Shown piece after piece: positions 18,129 through 28,601 of a stretch of DNA of 64,000 bases. The stretch comes from a virus (lineage: Duplodnaviria > Caudoviricetes). The stretch spans positions 64,001 to 128,000 of IMG/VR virus record IMGVR_UViG_3300028591_000098. The stretch is one strand, 5' to 3'. The position numbers and the translations under genes are program-made. Under the pieces are notes generated by a model. The model searched no databases. It was given only the letters and a program-made list of their open reading frames with translations, and was not told the DNA's origin. Numbering within the stretch: the stretch's first letter is position 1; every line of letters starts with the position of its first letter.

Positions 18129-19058
18129 CTATGTAATGTTATATGTTAAATTTGTAAAATTATTTGGATATAAAAAACTTAACATATAAGTATTGAATTT
18201 AGATAATTCATTAAACCCTGGATCATTACTTGTATGATTTAATAATACGGGTTTAAAATCCATAAGTGAACGTATATACATTGCCTTTAATATATTTCTA
18301 TTATCTTTAAATATTGGAAATAATTCGGCAATTGAATTTATCGTTCCAATTCTTGTTGTTAATGAATCTGATGTAATTATTGAATTAGGTACTTTATTAT
18401 AATTAATTTCTACGGATGGCATTATAACAATTTTATGTGCATTTGCTACCCATATTGGTATTGTATCAACATCTTCAAACGTACGTCTAATTGAATAAGG
18501 ATATGATACAGAAATACTTTGTTTGATTATTTTTGTCCATACATGAAATTTAATAAAATTATCTTTAAACAATAATATTTCTGCCCTTTCAACATCATCC
18601 TCAATTACAATTTTTTCTTTTGAATAATGTTTATAAGGACCAGATTTAATCAAATTTAGATATTGAACACCATATTCGACTATATCTGCATTATTCTCTA
18701 TAATATCATTAACTGCTCTATTAACAAAATCATTATTAATATAACTATCGTCTGCATCAACAAACATTAAATAATCACCTGTAGAATTGTCAATACCAAA
18801 TTTTCTGGCACCGCCACATCCTAAATTTTCTGGGGTATTTAATAATTTTATATTTATATTTTCATTATTATTTGTCAATATTAATTCATTAATAATACTT
18901 AAAGAATTATCTGTTGAACAATCATTTACTAATAAATATTCAACATAAATATTTTTGTCAATTTGTTGATTAATTACACTATTAAATGATTCCTTAATAT
19001 ATTGTTCTGTATTATAAAATGGTGTTATAATACTAACTGTTATTTTATCTTTGTTCAT
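18129..19058 (-). CDS. glycosyltransferase family 2
   Basis: VSIITPFYN, VNDCSTD, FVDADD and FED motifs. Confidence 0.9.
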   Translation of the reverse strand: MNKDKITVSIITPFYNTEQYIKESFNSVINQQIDKNIYVEYLLVNDCSTDNSLSIINELILTNNNENINIKLLNTPENLGCGGARKFGIDNSTGDYLMFVDADDSYINNDFVNRAVNDIIENNADIVEYGVQYLNLIKSGPYKHYSKEKIVIEDDVERAEILLFKDNFIKFHVWTKIIKQSISVSYPYSIRRTFEDVDTIPIWVANAHKIVIMPSVEINYNKVPNSIITSDSLTTRIGTINSIAELFPIFKDNRNILKAMYIRSLMDFKPVLLNHTSNDPGFNELSKFNTYMLSFLYPNNFTNLTYNIT

Positions 19059-19687
19059 TTTAAAAATATAACTATTGATTTTTCAGATAATCTTTGAAGT
19101 ACTTTAAATTTAACATTCTTATATTCGGAATTTGTTAATGGTACAGCAATACCTAAATTATCTGAGTTGTCATCTCTATTAATAGTACAATATTCTCCCG
19201 GAACACATTCACCATTATCTAAAACAATACACTTACCTAATAATGTTACAGTAATCCATGGTGCTCTATCTATTCTATTAACATATGGACGATTTTCATC
19301 ATATGATTCATTAATTACAGGTTTTGGATATCCTTCATTATATGTTGAAATAATTTCGAATACATCACCATTACCTTCATCAATATTAATTAGTCGTCCT
19401 TTTACTAACTCACCAGATGATTGATATATTGTTTCACCAGTTATTGACATATAATATTTACCTGGCCATACTTCCTGATTATTAGCTATATATGATGGAT
19501 TTGCACTAGTAACCCCTATATATTCAAAAGGTTTATTACATAATGTTATATGATCAAATGGTTCATTATTATCAAATTGCACAAACCTTCCATAAGGAGA
19601 TGTATTATATTTACTAAAATAATTTAAAGTTTCTTGATTTAATTCATATAATTCGGCATAACCAAATCTATTCGTTAAACTTATCAT
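19055..19687 (-). CDS. stand-alone peptidase G2 / intramolecular-chaperone-like domain
   Basis: YAELYE, GRFV, IGVTSANPSYIAN, Y..R..R..W..V.LLGK..V.DNG.C.PG.YC pattern. Confidence 0.6.
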   Translation of the reverse strand: MISLTNRFGYAELYELNQETLNYFSKYNTSPYGRFVQFDNNEPFDHITLCNKPFEYIGVTSANPSYIANNQEVWPGKYYMSITGETIYQSSGELVKGRLINIDEGNGDVFEIISTYNEGYPKPVINESYDENRPYVNRIDRAPWITVTLLGKCIVLDNGECVPGEYCTINRDDNSDNLGIAVPLTNSEYKNVKFKVLQRLSEKSIVIFLK

Positions 19688-19689
19688 AC

Positions 19690-20121
19690 TTATCTAATGT
19701 AATTTTTAGGATCATCTCCACTTAGTTCAATTTCCTTTTTGGTTTTAACAAATTCCAAATTCATTGCGTCATGATACCACATCATCATCTTACCAAAATT
19801 AAATTCATTTAAATATTCAGGTACAGAATTTATAATAATATCTGGATTATTCATTGAACGATTTTGTGCAACCTCATATGATGTTTGTTTGTCAATTATT
19901 GTGTCCTTAGGGTTTTGACGAGCAATACCTACATGCAAAATTGTATTTCCATATGTATCTCTCCAAACATTACCTACCATTGTAACTGCTTGTAATTTTC
20001 CCCATTTAGTATATGTACGTCCATTAATCACAACTTCTGCACATGATTCACGATTTTTTGTTATTGTTGTAAAACTAAATGAATTAACTAACTCCTTTGT
20101 CAAATAATCAAATTTTTTCAT
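19690..20121 (-). CDS. hypothetical protein
   Basis: ORF track. Confidence 0.7.
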   Translation of the reverse strand: MKKFDYLTKELVNSFSFTTITKNRESCAEVVINGRTYTKWGKLQAVTMVGNVWRDTYGNTILHVGIARQNPKDTIIDKQTSYEVAQNRSMNNPDIIINSVPEYLNEFNFGKMMMWYHDAMNLEFVKTKKEIELSGDDPKNYIR

Positions 20122-20160
20122 AGTTTAAAAAAGATATTTTTATAATAAATTTAATTAAAA

Positions 20161-20637
20161 TTACGAATATAATTTAACATTCGTATAAAATCTCTCTTTA
20201 GTATATTTAATACTCTCCTTTGGACATTCAGGTGTATTTACTGTTCTAAATGTTGTAGAGTCTGCATCATTAAATAAATCTAACAAAGAAATTTCGTTAA
20301 GTTCAACAATCTCGTCATCAAAATATGTGCAGTATAATTTTGATAGACCTTTACTATAAATCTCTAATTCTAATTTTTGTACTCGATATCCTAATTTATC
20401 TAATGCAAGAATATCTGCATAAGTCAATTTACATATACCAAATAAAAAATATTTAAAACAGTTAAGTGAATTAAATGCAAATTTAGATTTAGGATAATAA
20501 GGAACACAATGGGTCCATGGTCTTATTGTCTTTAATCTAGAATTTATTTTTTTAATTACTTCACTGTTAGATAAATTATCAATCCCAAAAATTATTTCAT
20601 TATTAGGATCAACATCTATTAATCTATAAGCTTCCAT
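20161..20637 (-). CDS. hypothetical protein
   Basis: ORF track. Confidence 0.7.
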   Translation of the reverse strand: MEAYRLIDVDPNNEIIFGIDNLSNSEVIKKINSRLKTIRPWTHCVPYYPKSKFAFNSLNCFKYFLFGICKLTYADILALDKLGYRVQKLELEIYSKGLSKLYCTYFDDEIVELNEISLLDLFNDADSTTFRTVNTPECPKESIKYTKERFYTNVKLYS

Positions 20638-20662
20638 AAATAATAATTTTTATTAAAAAAAT

Positions 20663-20698
20663 AAATGTCTATTATATCATAGATAAAATAGACACTTT
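20663..20698 (-). terminator. probable terminator
   Basis: TGTCTATT...AATAGACA inverted repeat with a T-run on the minus strand. Confidence 0.5.
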
Positions 20699-20720
20699 AC
20701 AAATAAAAATTTTAAATTTA

Positions 20721-21695
20721 TTAAATATTTAATTTGTTTCTAAAATATTCAATTGTTTTAATTAATCCTTCATGTAATTCAATTTTTGGTGTATATCCAA
20801 ACATTTTATATGCTTTAGATATATCTGCTTTACGTTGGAGAGGATCATCTTTAGGTAATTCCTTAAATACAATTTCTGATGTTGATTCTGGAATTAATTC
20901 TAAAACTAAATTAGCTAATTCATTTATTGTAAATTCTTCTGGATTACCTATATTTACTGGACCAAACTCATCATTTTTCATAAATTCGATCATCCCATGT
21001 ATTAAATCATCTATGTATTGAAATGATCTAGTTTGATTACCATCTCCATATATAGTTATTGGTTTATTAATTAATGCTTGACATACAAAATTAGATATTA
21101 CTCTTCCATCATCTGGATCCATATAAGGACCATATGTATTAAATATTCTAATTATTTTACAATTAACACCAAGTTTACGACATTCATATAATATTGTTTC
21201 TGCTATACGTTTACCTTCATCATAGCAAGATCTTGGACCAATAATATTTACATTTCCAAAATATGATTCATTTTGTGGATGATGATTTATATCTGGATTG
21301 CCATAAACTTCCGAAGTTGAAGCATGTAATAATTTTGCATCATAATATTTTGTCAATTTACAAATATCGTCAACTGCCAATGAAGCTTTAATTGTTTCTA
21401 TTGGGTATTTTAAATATTTTGGTGGTGATGCTGGACATGCCAAATTATAAATTTCATCAACAAAATTATAGAAAAAATCTTCTATAATATCTTTTAAAGC
21501 AATAAAAGTACCTTTATCAGTAATATCAGCCACCCAACAACAATAATTCTTATTACTTAAAAATTTATTTACATTTGATAATTTACCTGTATAAAAATTA
21601 TCTATACACATTATCTTATTTCCTTCTTCTAATAGTTTTTCGGTAAGATTTGTCCCAATAAAACCAGCGCCTCCAAATATTATTATATGTTTCAT
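20721..21695 (-). CDS. UDP-glucuronate decarboxylase (UDP-xylose synthase), extended SDR family
   Basis: GGAGFIG, YNLACPASP, ASTSEVYG, RSCYDEGKR, RIFNTYGP, DGRVISNF, QTRSFQY. Confidence 0.9.
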   Translation of the reverse strand: MKHIIIFGGAGFIGTNLTEKLLEEGNKIMCIDNFYTGKLSNVNKFLSNKNYCCWVADITDKGTFIALKDIIEDFFYNFVDEIYNLACPASPPKYLKYPIETIKASLAVDDICKLTKYYDAKLLHASTSEVYGNPDINHHPQNESYFGNVNIIGPRSCYDEGKRIAETILYECRKLGVNCKIIRIFNTYGPYMDPDDGRVISNFVCQALINKPITIYGDGNQTRSFQYIDDLIHGMIEFMKNDEFGPVNIGNPEEFTINELANLVLELIPESTSEIVFKELPKDDPLQRKADISKAYKMFGYTPKIELHEGLIKTIEYFRNKLNI

Positions 21696-21700
21696 ATTTA

Positions 21701-21892
21701 TTAATTATGTATATTACTTATTGGTTCTTTCTTTATATGAAGTCTAAATGCTGGGAATTTACTTTCTTGTTCATCCTTTTCTCTTTTAGCTTCTTCTTCT
21801 GTATTATAATAATTATACATTGTATTATCATCATAATATAATACATAAATATCTTGTGAATTTTCTAAAATAAAATTTTTAATATTTTTCAT
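21701..21892 (-). CDS. putative internal virion protein with leader MKNIKNFILE
   Basis: Shared N-terminal leader. Confidence 0.65.
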   Translation of the reverse strand: MKNIKNFILENSQDIYVLYYDDNTMYNYYNTEEEAKREKDEQESKFPAFRLHIKKEPISNIHN

Positions 21893-21913
21893 AAATTAAA
21901 TTATATTATATAT

Positions 21914-22303
21914 TTATTCTTTTACGACAATTACCATTATATTATTAGATTCTATCATATTAAGTATGTCATCATAACTATATGTATGTTCATCAGAATT
22001 AAAGAAATCATTATCTATATTATACACCTTAACTCTAAATTCTTCATTAGTATGACATACCCAAGTTGATTTATTTTTTAATTCTGCTAAAAATATATGT
22101 TTATCTTTCCAATATTCATCATTATGTTTTATTTTATCAATAAGTTTATCAAATGATTCCTTATCATATGCATATAATGTTGGTTCTATTTCTTCATTGG
22201 TTTGTTCACATCTTATTTTTATAGAATCAATTGTTCTACCTTCTAATAATGAAATTTTGGAAATTTCATAATTTTCCAATATAAAGTCTTTTAAATTTTT
22301 CAT
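21914..22303 (-). CDS. putative internal virion protein with leader MKNLKDFILE
   Basis: Shared N-terminal leader. Confidence 0.65.
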   Translation of the reverse strand: MKNLKDFILENYEISKISLLEGRTIDSIKIRCEQTNEEIEPTLYAYDKESFDKLIDKIKHNDEYWKDKHIFLAELKNKSTWVCHTNEEFRVKVYNIDNDFFNSDEHTYSYDDILNMIESNNIMVIVVKE

Positions 22304-22304
22304 A

Positions 22305-22769
22305 TTATTTATACCATTTAGGTGGATTTTTTTGTAGTGGACTTGCAGAAAACATATTTGTCATATCTTCAACATTTGATACATTCCATTTTGATAAATC
22401 TGAATTAAATTTCATACATTTATAAAACATATATTTCATATTTGTAACATTAGATACATCCCAATTAGACAAATTCGAATTGAAATTTTTACAGTTATAA
22501 AATATCCATTCCATAGTAGTAACATTAGATACATCCCATTTAGATATATCTATATTATGAGGATCTAAGTATTCAAATAAATCAGACATATCAGTTATTT
22601 CAGATGTATCAATATCATTTAGATCTGCATTGTTACCACGCTCATCTAATAATTGTTTTAATAATTTTTGAAGTTCATCTTTATCTTTTGGATAATAATT
22701 ATATCCACTAACTTTAGTTTTACTACCTATTTGAAGTTTTTCTTGTATTATATCTTGTAAGTTCTTCAT
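22305..22769 (-). CDS. DUF285 repeat protein with leader, paralog 1
   Basis: 25-aa W(D/N)VSNV..M..MF..C..FNSDLS repeats. Confidence 0.85.
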   Translation of the reverse strand: MKNLQDIIQEKLQIGSKTKVSGYNYYPKDKDELQKLLKQLLDERGNNADLNDIDTSEITDMSDLFEYLDPHNIDISKWDVSNVTTMEWIFYNCKNFNSNLSNWDVSNVTNMKYMFYKCMKFNSDLSKWNVSNVEDMTNMFSASPLQKNPPKWYK

Positions 22770-22774
22770 ATTAT

Positions 22775-23317
22775 TTATTCTTTATACCATTTAGGTGGAT
22801 TTTTTTCTATTCCACTTTTCCAAAACATTTTAAACATTGATTTAACTTTAGATACATTCCAGTTATTTAAATTTGCTTTGAAATTTTTACAATTATTAAA
22901 CATTTGTTCCATATTTGTAACGTTAGAAACATTCCAATTACTTATATCAGAATTAAAATTATAACAGTCGAAAAACATAGAATCCATATTTATATTATTT
23001 GACATATCCCAATTACTTAAATCAGAATTAAAATGCTTACAATCATAAAACATATTATAAGTATAAATAACGTTAGACATATCCCACTCCGATATATCTA
23101 TATTATGTGGATCTAATCCATCAAATAAATATGACATATCTGTTATTTTAGATGTATCAATATCATTTAGATCTGCATCTTTACCACGTTCTTTTAATAA
23201 TTTTTTTAATATTTCCAATAAATCATCAGTTGTATTGGGGTGATACTTATATTTAGTAATCTTAGATTTAGATCCTATTTGAAGTTTTTCTTGTATTATA
23301 TTTTTTAAATTTTTCAT
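22775..23317 (-). CDS. DUF285 repeat protein with leader, paralog 2
   Basis: Same architecture. Confidence 0.85.
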   Translation of the reverse strand: MKNLKNIIQEKLQIGSKSKITKYKYHPNTTDDLLEILKKLLKERGKDADLNDIDTSKITDMSYLFDGLDPHNIDISEWDMSNVIYTYNMFYDCKHFNSDLSNWDMSNNINMDSMFFDCYNFNSDISNWNVSNVTNMEQMFNNCKNFKANLNNWNVSKVKSMFKMFWKSGIEKNPPKWYKE

Positions 23318-23352
23318 TAGTTTGCAATATTGTACGATTTATTACATATATG

Positions 23353-24408
23353 TTATAATAAGTTATCATCATCACCGCGAGAATCATCATCTTCATCATC
23401 TTCATCATCAGAATTATTCTTATTATCATCTTCTTCTTTTTTATCTTTCTTATCATTTTCTTTATCTTCTTCATCATCTTCTTTCTTATCTTCTCTTTCT
23501 TTACGTTCTCCTGTTAATGAGAATATAGCTGGATCATCAGTTTTATCGGCTTCTAATAAATCAAGAATTGATTCAATAAGTTTCTTTACATCATCTGGTA
23601 ATTCTATTAAAGAATCTTCTGCAAAATCTTGTACCCATATAGCCTTTTCACCTTTACCAAAAATATGCATAAGTGAACGTGTGTTTTCAATAGATATTTC
23701 TTTAAATTCTCCTTCACCTTCTGCTTTACCAAATGGCATCTTCTTAGTATATTTCCAACGAAGTGCTATAGCTTCTTCACCACTCTTAAACTTAATTGCA
23801 GAGAAATAATATTCTCTTGGTAAAGATATTTCATTAGATACTAAAAGTTCAAGTTGTTTAGCAGCTTTAACTTTATCAGGACCATCAAGAAGTTCTAAAA
23901 CCTTTTCAACAGTTTCTGACTTCATTTCTTCTTCACCATCATCTTCTTTAATAATTTGAGTAAATTCAAATTCATTTAAAAATGATTCATTACATTCTCC
24001 TGGGCATGGACATATTGATTTAACCATTGTTGCAGGATTTTTAGCAGTAGCCACATCTTCAGGAGAAAAATATACAACCCAATACATACCAAGATTAATT
24101 TTAGTCATTTTAGTAAGACCTTGTTGCATAATATATCCAGCTAATGTAGTAAATCTATCTAATGGATTAAATAATACATTATTAATAGATTCTTCATTAA
24201 CAAATTTTGTACTATGTAATTTAATAGATACGTTATCTTCACCAACCGCAGCAACTACACCTAATCTTAAACAAAATAAATTATTAATATTTGTCAATAT
24301 ATTTTCTATAGGTGTATAATGATTAGTTACACCTGTTGTTGTCAATGCATTTCCAGGTTGTACATCGGCAGTTTTAGCTGATTCAACTATTTGTGTAAAT
24401 TTTCTCAT
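23353..24408 (-). CDS. acidic putative head/core protein with leader MRKFTQIVE
   Basis: Leader; D/E/K-rich C-terminal tail. Confidence 0.6.
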   Translation of the reverse strand: MRKFTQIVESAKTADVQPGNALTTTGVTNHYTPIENILTNINNLFCLRLGVVAAVGEDNVSIKLHSTKFVNEESINNVLFNPLDRFTTLAGYIMQQGLTKMTKINLGMYWVVYFSPEDVATAKNPATMVKSICPCPGECNESFLNEFEFTQIIKEDDGEEEMKSETVEKVLELLDGPDKVKAAKQLELLVSNEISLPREYYFSAIKFKSGEEAIALRWKYTKKMPFGKAEGEGEFKEISIENTRSLMHIFGKGEKAIWVQDFAEDSLIELPDDVKKLIESILDLLEADKTDDPAIFSLTGERKEREDKKEDDEEDKENDKKDKKEEDDNKNNSDDEDDEDDDSRGDDDNLL

Positions 24409-24436
24409 TTGTTATTATTATATTTATTTATTCATA

Positions 24437-25144
24437 TTATTCTTTATTAATATACCATTTTGGAGGATTTTTTTCTATTTCACTTTTCCAAAACATTTTT
24501 CTCATTTTTACATTTTTAGATACGTCCCATTTTGATAAATCTGAATTAAAATTTTCGCATCTATAGAACATATATGTCATATCGTTAACATTAGATACAT
24601 CCCAATTACTTAAATCTGAATTAAATTTTTCACACTGTGAAAACATACTAACAGTATTTGTAACTTTAGATACATCCCATTTACTTAAATCAGATTCAAA
24701 GTTTTCACAATCATAAAACATATCTTTCATATTTGTAACTTTAGATATATCCCAGTTAGACAAATCTGAATTAAAATTATGACAACCTTCAAATACACCT
24801 TTCATACTTCTAACATTAGACACATCCCATTTTGATAAATCCGAATTAAAGTTTGTACAATTCCAAAACATAAATTCCATGTTTTCTACATTAGACACAT
24901 TCCATTGCGATATATCTATATTATGTGGATCTAATCCATTAAATAAATCTGATAAATCTGACATATCAGTTATTTTAGATGTATCAATATCATTTAGATC
25001 AGCATCTTTACCACGTTCATCTAATAATTGTTCTATTAATTTTCCAAGTTCATCTTTATCTTTAGGATGATATTTATATGAACTAACTTTTGTTTTACTG
25101 CCAATTTGAAGTTTTTCTTGTATTATATCTTGTAAGTTTTTCAT
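24437..25144 (-). CDS. DUF285 repeat protein with leader, paralog 3
   Basis: Same architecture. Confidence 0.85.
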   Translation of the reverse strand: MKNLQDIIQEKLQIGSKTKVSSYKYHPKDKDELGKLIEQLLDERGKDADLNDIDTSKITDMSDLSDLFNGLDPHNIDISQWNVSNVENMEFMFWNCTNFNSDLSKWDVSNVRSMKGVFEGCHNFNSDLSNWDISKVTNMKDMFYDCENFESDLSKWDVSKVTNTVSMFSQCEKFNSDLSNWDVSNVNDMTYMFYRCENFNSDLSKWDVSKNVKMRKMFWKSEIEKNPPKWYINKE

Positions 25145-25145
25145 A

Positions 25146-25691
25146 TCAATTTTCCTTATACCATTTTGGTGGATTTTTTTCTAAAGGACACCCATTAAAT
25201 GCTCCTCTCATGTCTTTAATTTTAGATACATCCCAATTTGATAAATTTGACTTAAAATCATAACAACCATAAAATATATTTAATATATGTTCAACATTAG
25301 ATACATCCCATTTAGATAAATCAGAATTAAAATTATAACATTTATAAAACATCCATCCCATATTATTTACATTTGATACATTCCAATTTGATAAATCAGA
25401 ATTGAAATCATAACATTCGGCAAACATACCCCACATATCTTTAACATTAGATACATCCCATTTAGATATATCTATATTATGAGGATCTAAATTATCAAAT
25501 AACTCTGTCATATCAGTTATTTTAGATGTATCTATATCATTTAAATTAGCATCCTTACCACGTTCATCCAATAATTGGTTTAATAATTTTCTAAGTTCAT
25601 CTTTATCTTTAGGGTAATATTTATATGAACTAACTTTTGTTTTACTGCCAATTTGAAGTTTTTCTTGTATTATATATTGTAAGTTTTTCAT
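25146..25691 (-). CDS. DUF285 repeat protein with leader, paralog 4
   Basis: Same architecture. Confidence 0.85.
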   Translation of the reverse strand: MKNLQYIIQEKLQIGSKTKVSSYKYYPKDKDELRKLLNQLLDERGKDANLNDIDTSKITDMTELFDNLDPHNIDISKWDVSNVKDMWGMFAECYDFNSDLSNWNVSNVNNMGWMFYKCYNFNSDLSKWDVSNVEHILNIFYGCYDFKSNLSNWDVSKIKDMRGAFNGCPLEKNPPKWYKEN

Positions 25692-25724
25692 TATTATAAA
25701 TGTTTATGTATAATTAATAATAAA

Positions 25725-26390
25725 TTAAAATTGTCTCCAAAAGTGAAATATCTGTTGGAGAGTTGCTTTAGAAAAGTGTCCTTCAGTAAAACATGCGGTC
25801 GGTACTAATCTAGTAGGTAATACATATGATGCACCTCTTAATACTGGTATATACATTTTTATTCCAAAACCAATTTTTGCATTTACTTTCGCTAAATGTT
25901 TTATTTCAGAATAAGAAATCCACGTGTTTGGTTTACCTGTTACTTCATTAAAATTCTTATCAAAATAAGGTTTAAAATGTTTATATACCTCATTAATTAT
26001 TTTAGTTCTGGTAAATGGTGGATAATAATGTAAATTTATTCCAACCTCTCTAATATTACCATCATCTGTTCTTGTTATACCACAAAATAACGTTAATGGA
26101 GAAGCATCATAATACGCCAGTTCTTCTTTATATTTAGGTTGAGAATAATGAAATAAAACAATTTGACCAGGTAATAAATATTTCTTTGTAGGTTTTGTTA
26201 ATGATAATAATTCTTTATATGCTAATTTAGAACGAATAGATGTTGGACGTTTAGCTAATGGATGTTCATTAATTGACTCCAACATCTTAAAATATTTTAT
26301 TTCATCTTCATCATAAATCTTTCTATCTAAATCTTTAAGACTAAATATGTGACCTAATGTTGTTTTTTCTGGCTTATGTATTATTGGCAT
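25725..26390 (-). CDS. DNA end protector protein (T4 gp2-like)
   Basis: PG....F.Y..PKYKEEL.YYD..PL and GINLHY.PP motifs. Confidence 0.8.
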   Translation of the reverse strand: MPIIHKPEKTTLGHIFSLKDLDRKIYDEDEIKYFKMLESINEHPLAKRPTSIRSKLAYKELLSLTKPTKKYLLPGQIVLFHYSQPKYKEELAYYDASPLTLFCGITRTDDGNIREVGINLHYYPPFTRTKIINEVYKHFKPYFDKNFNEVTGKPNTWISYSEIKHLAKVNAKIGFGIKMYIPVLRGASYVLPTRLVPTACFTEGHFSKATLQQIFHFWRQF

Positions 26391-26404
26391 ATCAAAATAA
26401 AAAA

Positions 26405-26424
26405 TTATTTTTATTTAAAAATAA
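26405..26424. promoter_or_regulatory. divergent pair of candidate late promoter motifs
   Basis: TTATTTTTA on + (26405-26413) and on - (26416-26424) in a 43-bp divergent gap. Confidence 0.5.
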
Positions 26425-26433
26425 CTATATAAT

Positions 26434-27573
26434 ATGAATATACTTATTGTAGGCGCTGGATTATTTGGTGTTACTATAGCTAGACTATTAACTAATAAAG
26501 GTCATGTATGTACAATAATAGATCAACGAAATCATATTGGTGGTAATTGTTATGATGAACCATATTCAATTGATAATCATACAATGACTGTTCACAAATA
26601 TGGACCTCATGTATTTCATACAAGTAATCAACAAGTTTGGACTTTTGTTAATAAATATGCTAAATTTAATAATTTTAGAACTAATATATTAGCAAAAGAT
26701 GATAATAATAAGTTATATCATCTTCCATTTAATATGAATACATTTTACGATATATTTGGTATATTTAATATAGAAAAAGTTAAGAATATAATACAACAAG
26801 AAATTAAAGACGCAAATATAACCAAAATAACGAATCTTGAAGAAAAAGCAATTTCTATGGTAGGTACAACTGTTTATAATATATTAATAAAAAACTATAC
26901 AGAAAAACAATGGAATTGTAAATGTACTGAACTTTCTCCAGATATAATATCTAGATTACCTTTACGTTTTTATTTTGATAATAATTATTTTAATGATATT
27001 TATCAAGGTGTTCCTATAGGCGGATATACTAAATTAATAGAAAATATTATAAATGGAGTTGATAATGAAAAACCAATTAAATATATTTTAAATACTAAAT
27101 TTGATTTATCAATATATGACAACTATGATAAGATAATTTATTGTGGATCTATAGATGAATTATTAAATTACAAATTTGGATATTTAGAATATAGAAGTTT
27201 AAAATTTGAAAATACTGAATATATATTTGATTTTATAAATTCAAATGGTTGTGCTCATATAAATTTAGTAGGAACACAAAGAGGAACTAGAGAAATTGAA
27301 CATGTATATTATACTCCTGAAAGTTTAGAATATTTTATTGGTCAAAAATTAATTAAAACATTGGAAGTACCTGATGACTGGGATTTAACTAAAGAAAGAT
27401 TTTATAGTATTAATAACAATAAAAATAATGATTTATATGAAAAATATGTAAATTATTTAGAAAAAACATATCCAAATATTATATTGGGAGGTAGACTCGG
27501 TTTATATAAATATTTAGATATGGATGATGTTATATTGTTAGCTTTTGATAAATCAAATGTTATTAACATGTGA
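26434..27573 (+). CDS. glf: UDP-galactopyranose mutase
   Basis: IVGAGLFG, HIGGNCYD, HKYGPHVFHT, YTEKQW, YFNDIYQGVP, LEYRSL, GRLGLYKYLDMD. Confidence 0.92.
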   Translation: MNILIVGAGLFGVTIARLLTNKGHVCTIIDQRNHIGGNCYDEPYSIDNHTMTVHKYGPHVFHTSNQQVWTFVNKYAKFNNFRTNILAKDDNNKLYHLPFNMNTFYDIFGIFNIEKVKNIIQQEIKDANITKITNLEEKAISMVGTTVYNILIKNYTEKQWNCKCTELSPDIISRLPLRFYFDNNYFNDIYQGVPIGGYTKLIENIINGVDNEKPIKYILNTKFDLSIYDNYDKIIYCGSIDELLNYKFGYLEYRSLKFENTEYIFDFINSNGCAHINLVGTQRGTREIEHVYYTPESLEYFIGQKLIKTLEVPDDWDLTKERFYSINNNKNNDLYEKYVNYLEKTYPNIILGGRLGLYKYLDMDDVILLAFDKSNVINM

Positions 27574-28599
27574 ATTAATTAATTTATCATATACCAATGT
27601 TTTTTCAAAAGCATTAATAAATATTTTATTTTCTTTGAATATATTAAATGTAGATAATAATTTGGTAAAAAAATTAACATTACAATTAATAAATAAATTA
27701 ACTAACCATTCAATTGTATATCCAAAAAATCTCCAATTATTACAATATGTATTTAATCCATAATTTGTTTCAGGATTAAATATTTCTTTATAATATTTAA
27801 AATGTTGAAAATTTTGATAAAATAATTTATATTTATCTACAATTGAATGTTCGATATTATATATTATTTTATCAAAATTTTTTCTAAAATATTCAATAAG
27901 ATAAAAATTTACAAAATCCACACATTCATTATAATCGAATAAATTGTAGTGATATTTGTTTTCTAAATAATTTATATAACCATTTATAAATTTCATCATA
28001 TTTATAAACATTATTTTATTACATGTAAACATTGATCTTGCAATAAAATAATGTTCATATTTTTTTAATTCAAAACGTTTACATTTATTTATTATTTTAT
28101 ATTGGTCTATAATTGTTTGTTGTTTTAAATATTCTATTATATCTTCACAAATATATAAAGGATAACCCATGCTCATAAAATATTCGAATATATACCAATA
28201 ATTATTATATTCATATTCTATCTTATTTAATTCTTCATTTGATATGTGATTTAATTGTAATCCATCATGATGGAAATTTCTTTCATAATATTGTATTTCA
28301 TTACGATTAATTTTATATTCATTAATTAAATAAATATTAGGAATACGTCTATAATGGCCTAATGACACAGTATCATATTTTTCATATAATTTATTTTCAT
28401 AAATATAATATAATGTACAATACTCATTATATATATGATTTAAATTGTTTATATTTTTTAAATCAATTTGTTTATTTGTATTAAAAAAAATATAGTTTGA
28501 TGTTGCATCATCAAACAAATATTTTATTACATCTTCATAAACTTTATTATCTTCTTCACTTAAATGTGTTTGTAAAAAAATTCCATGATTTAAATCCAT
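27553..28599 (-). CDS. DUF4422-like putative glycosyltransferase
   Basis: NINNLN..YNEYC.LYYIY.N, GHYRR and R..GY..E motifs. Confidence 0.65.
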   Translation of the reverse strand: MDLNHGIFLQTHLSEEDNKVYEDVIKYLFDDATSNYIFFNTNKQIDLKNINNLNHIYNEYCTLYYIYENKLYEKYDTVSLGHYRRIPNIYLINEYKINRNEIQYYERNFHHDGLQLNHISNEELNKIEYEYNNYWYIFEYFMSMGYPLYICEDIIEYLKQQTIIDQYKIINKCKRFELKKYEHYFIARSMFTCNKIMFINMMKFINGYINYLENKYHYNLFDYNECVDFVNFYLIEYFRKNFDKIIYNIEHSIVDKYKLFYQNFQHFKYYKEIFNPETNYGLNTYCNNWRFFGYTIEWLVNLFINCNVNFFTKLLSTFNIFKENKIFINAFEKTLVYDKLINSHVNNI

Positions 28600-28601
28600 T
28601 T

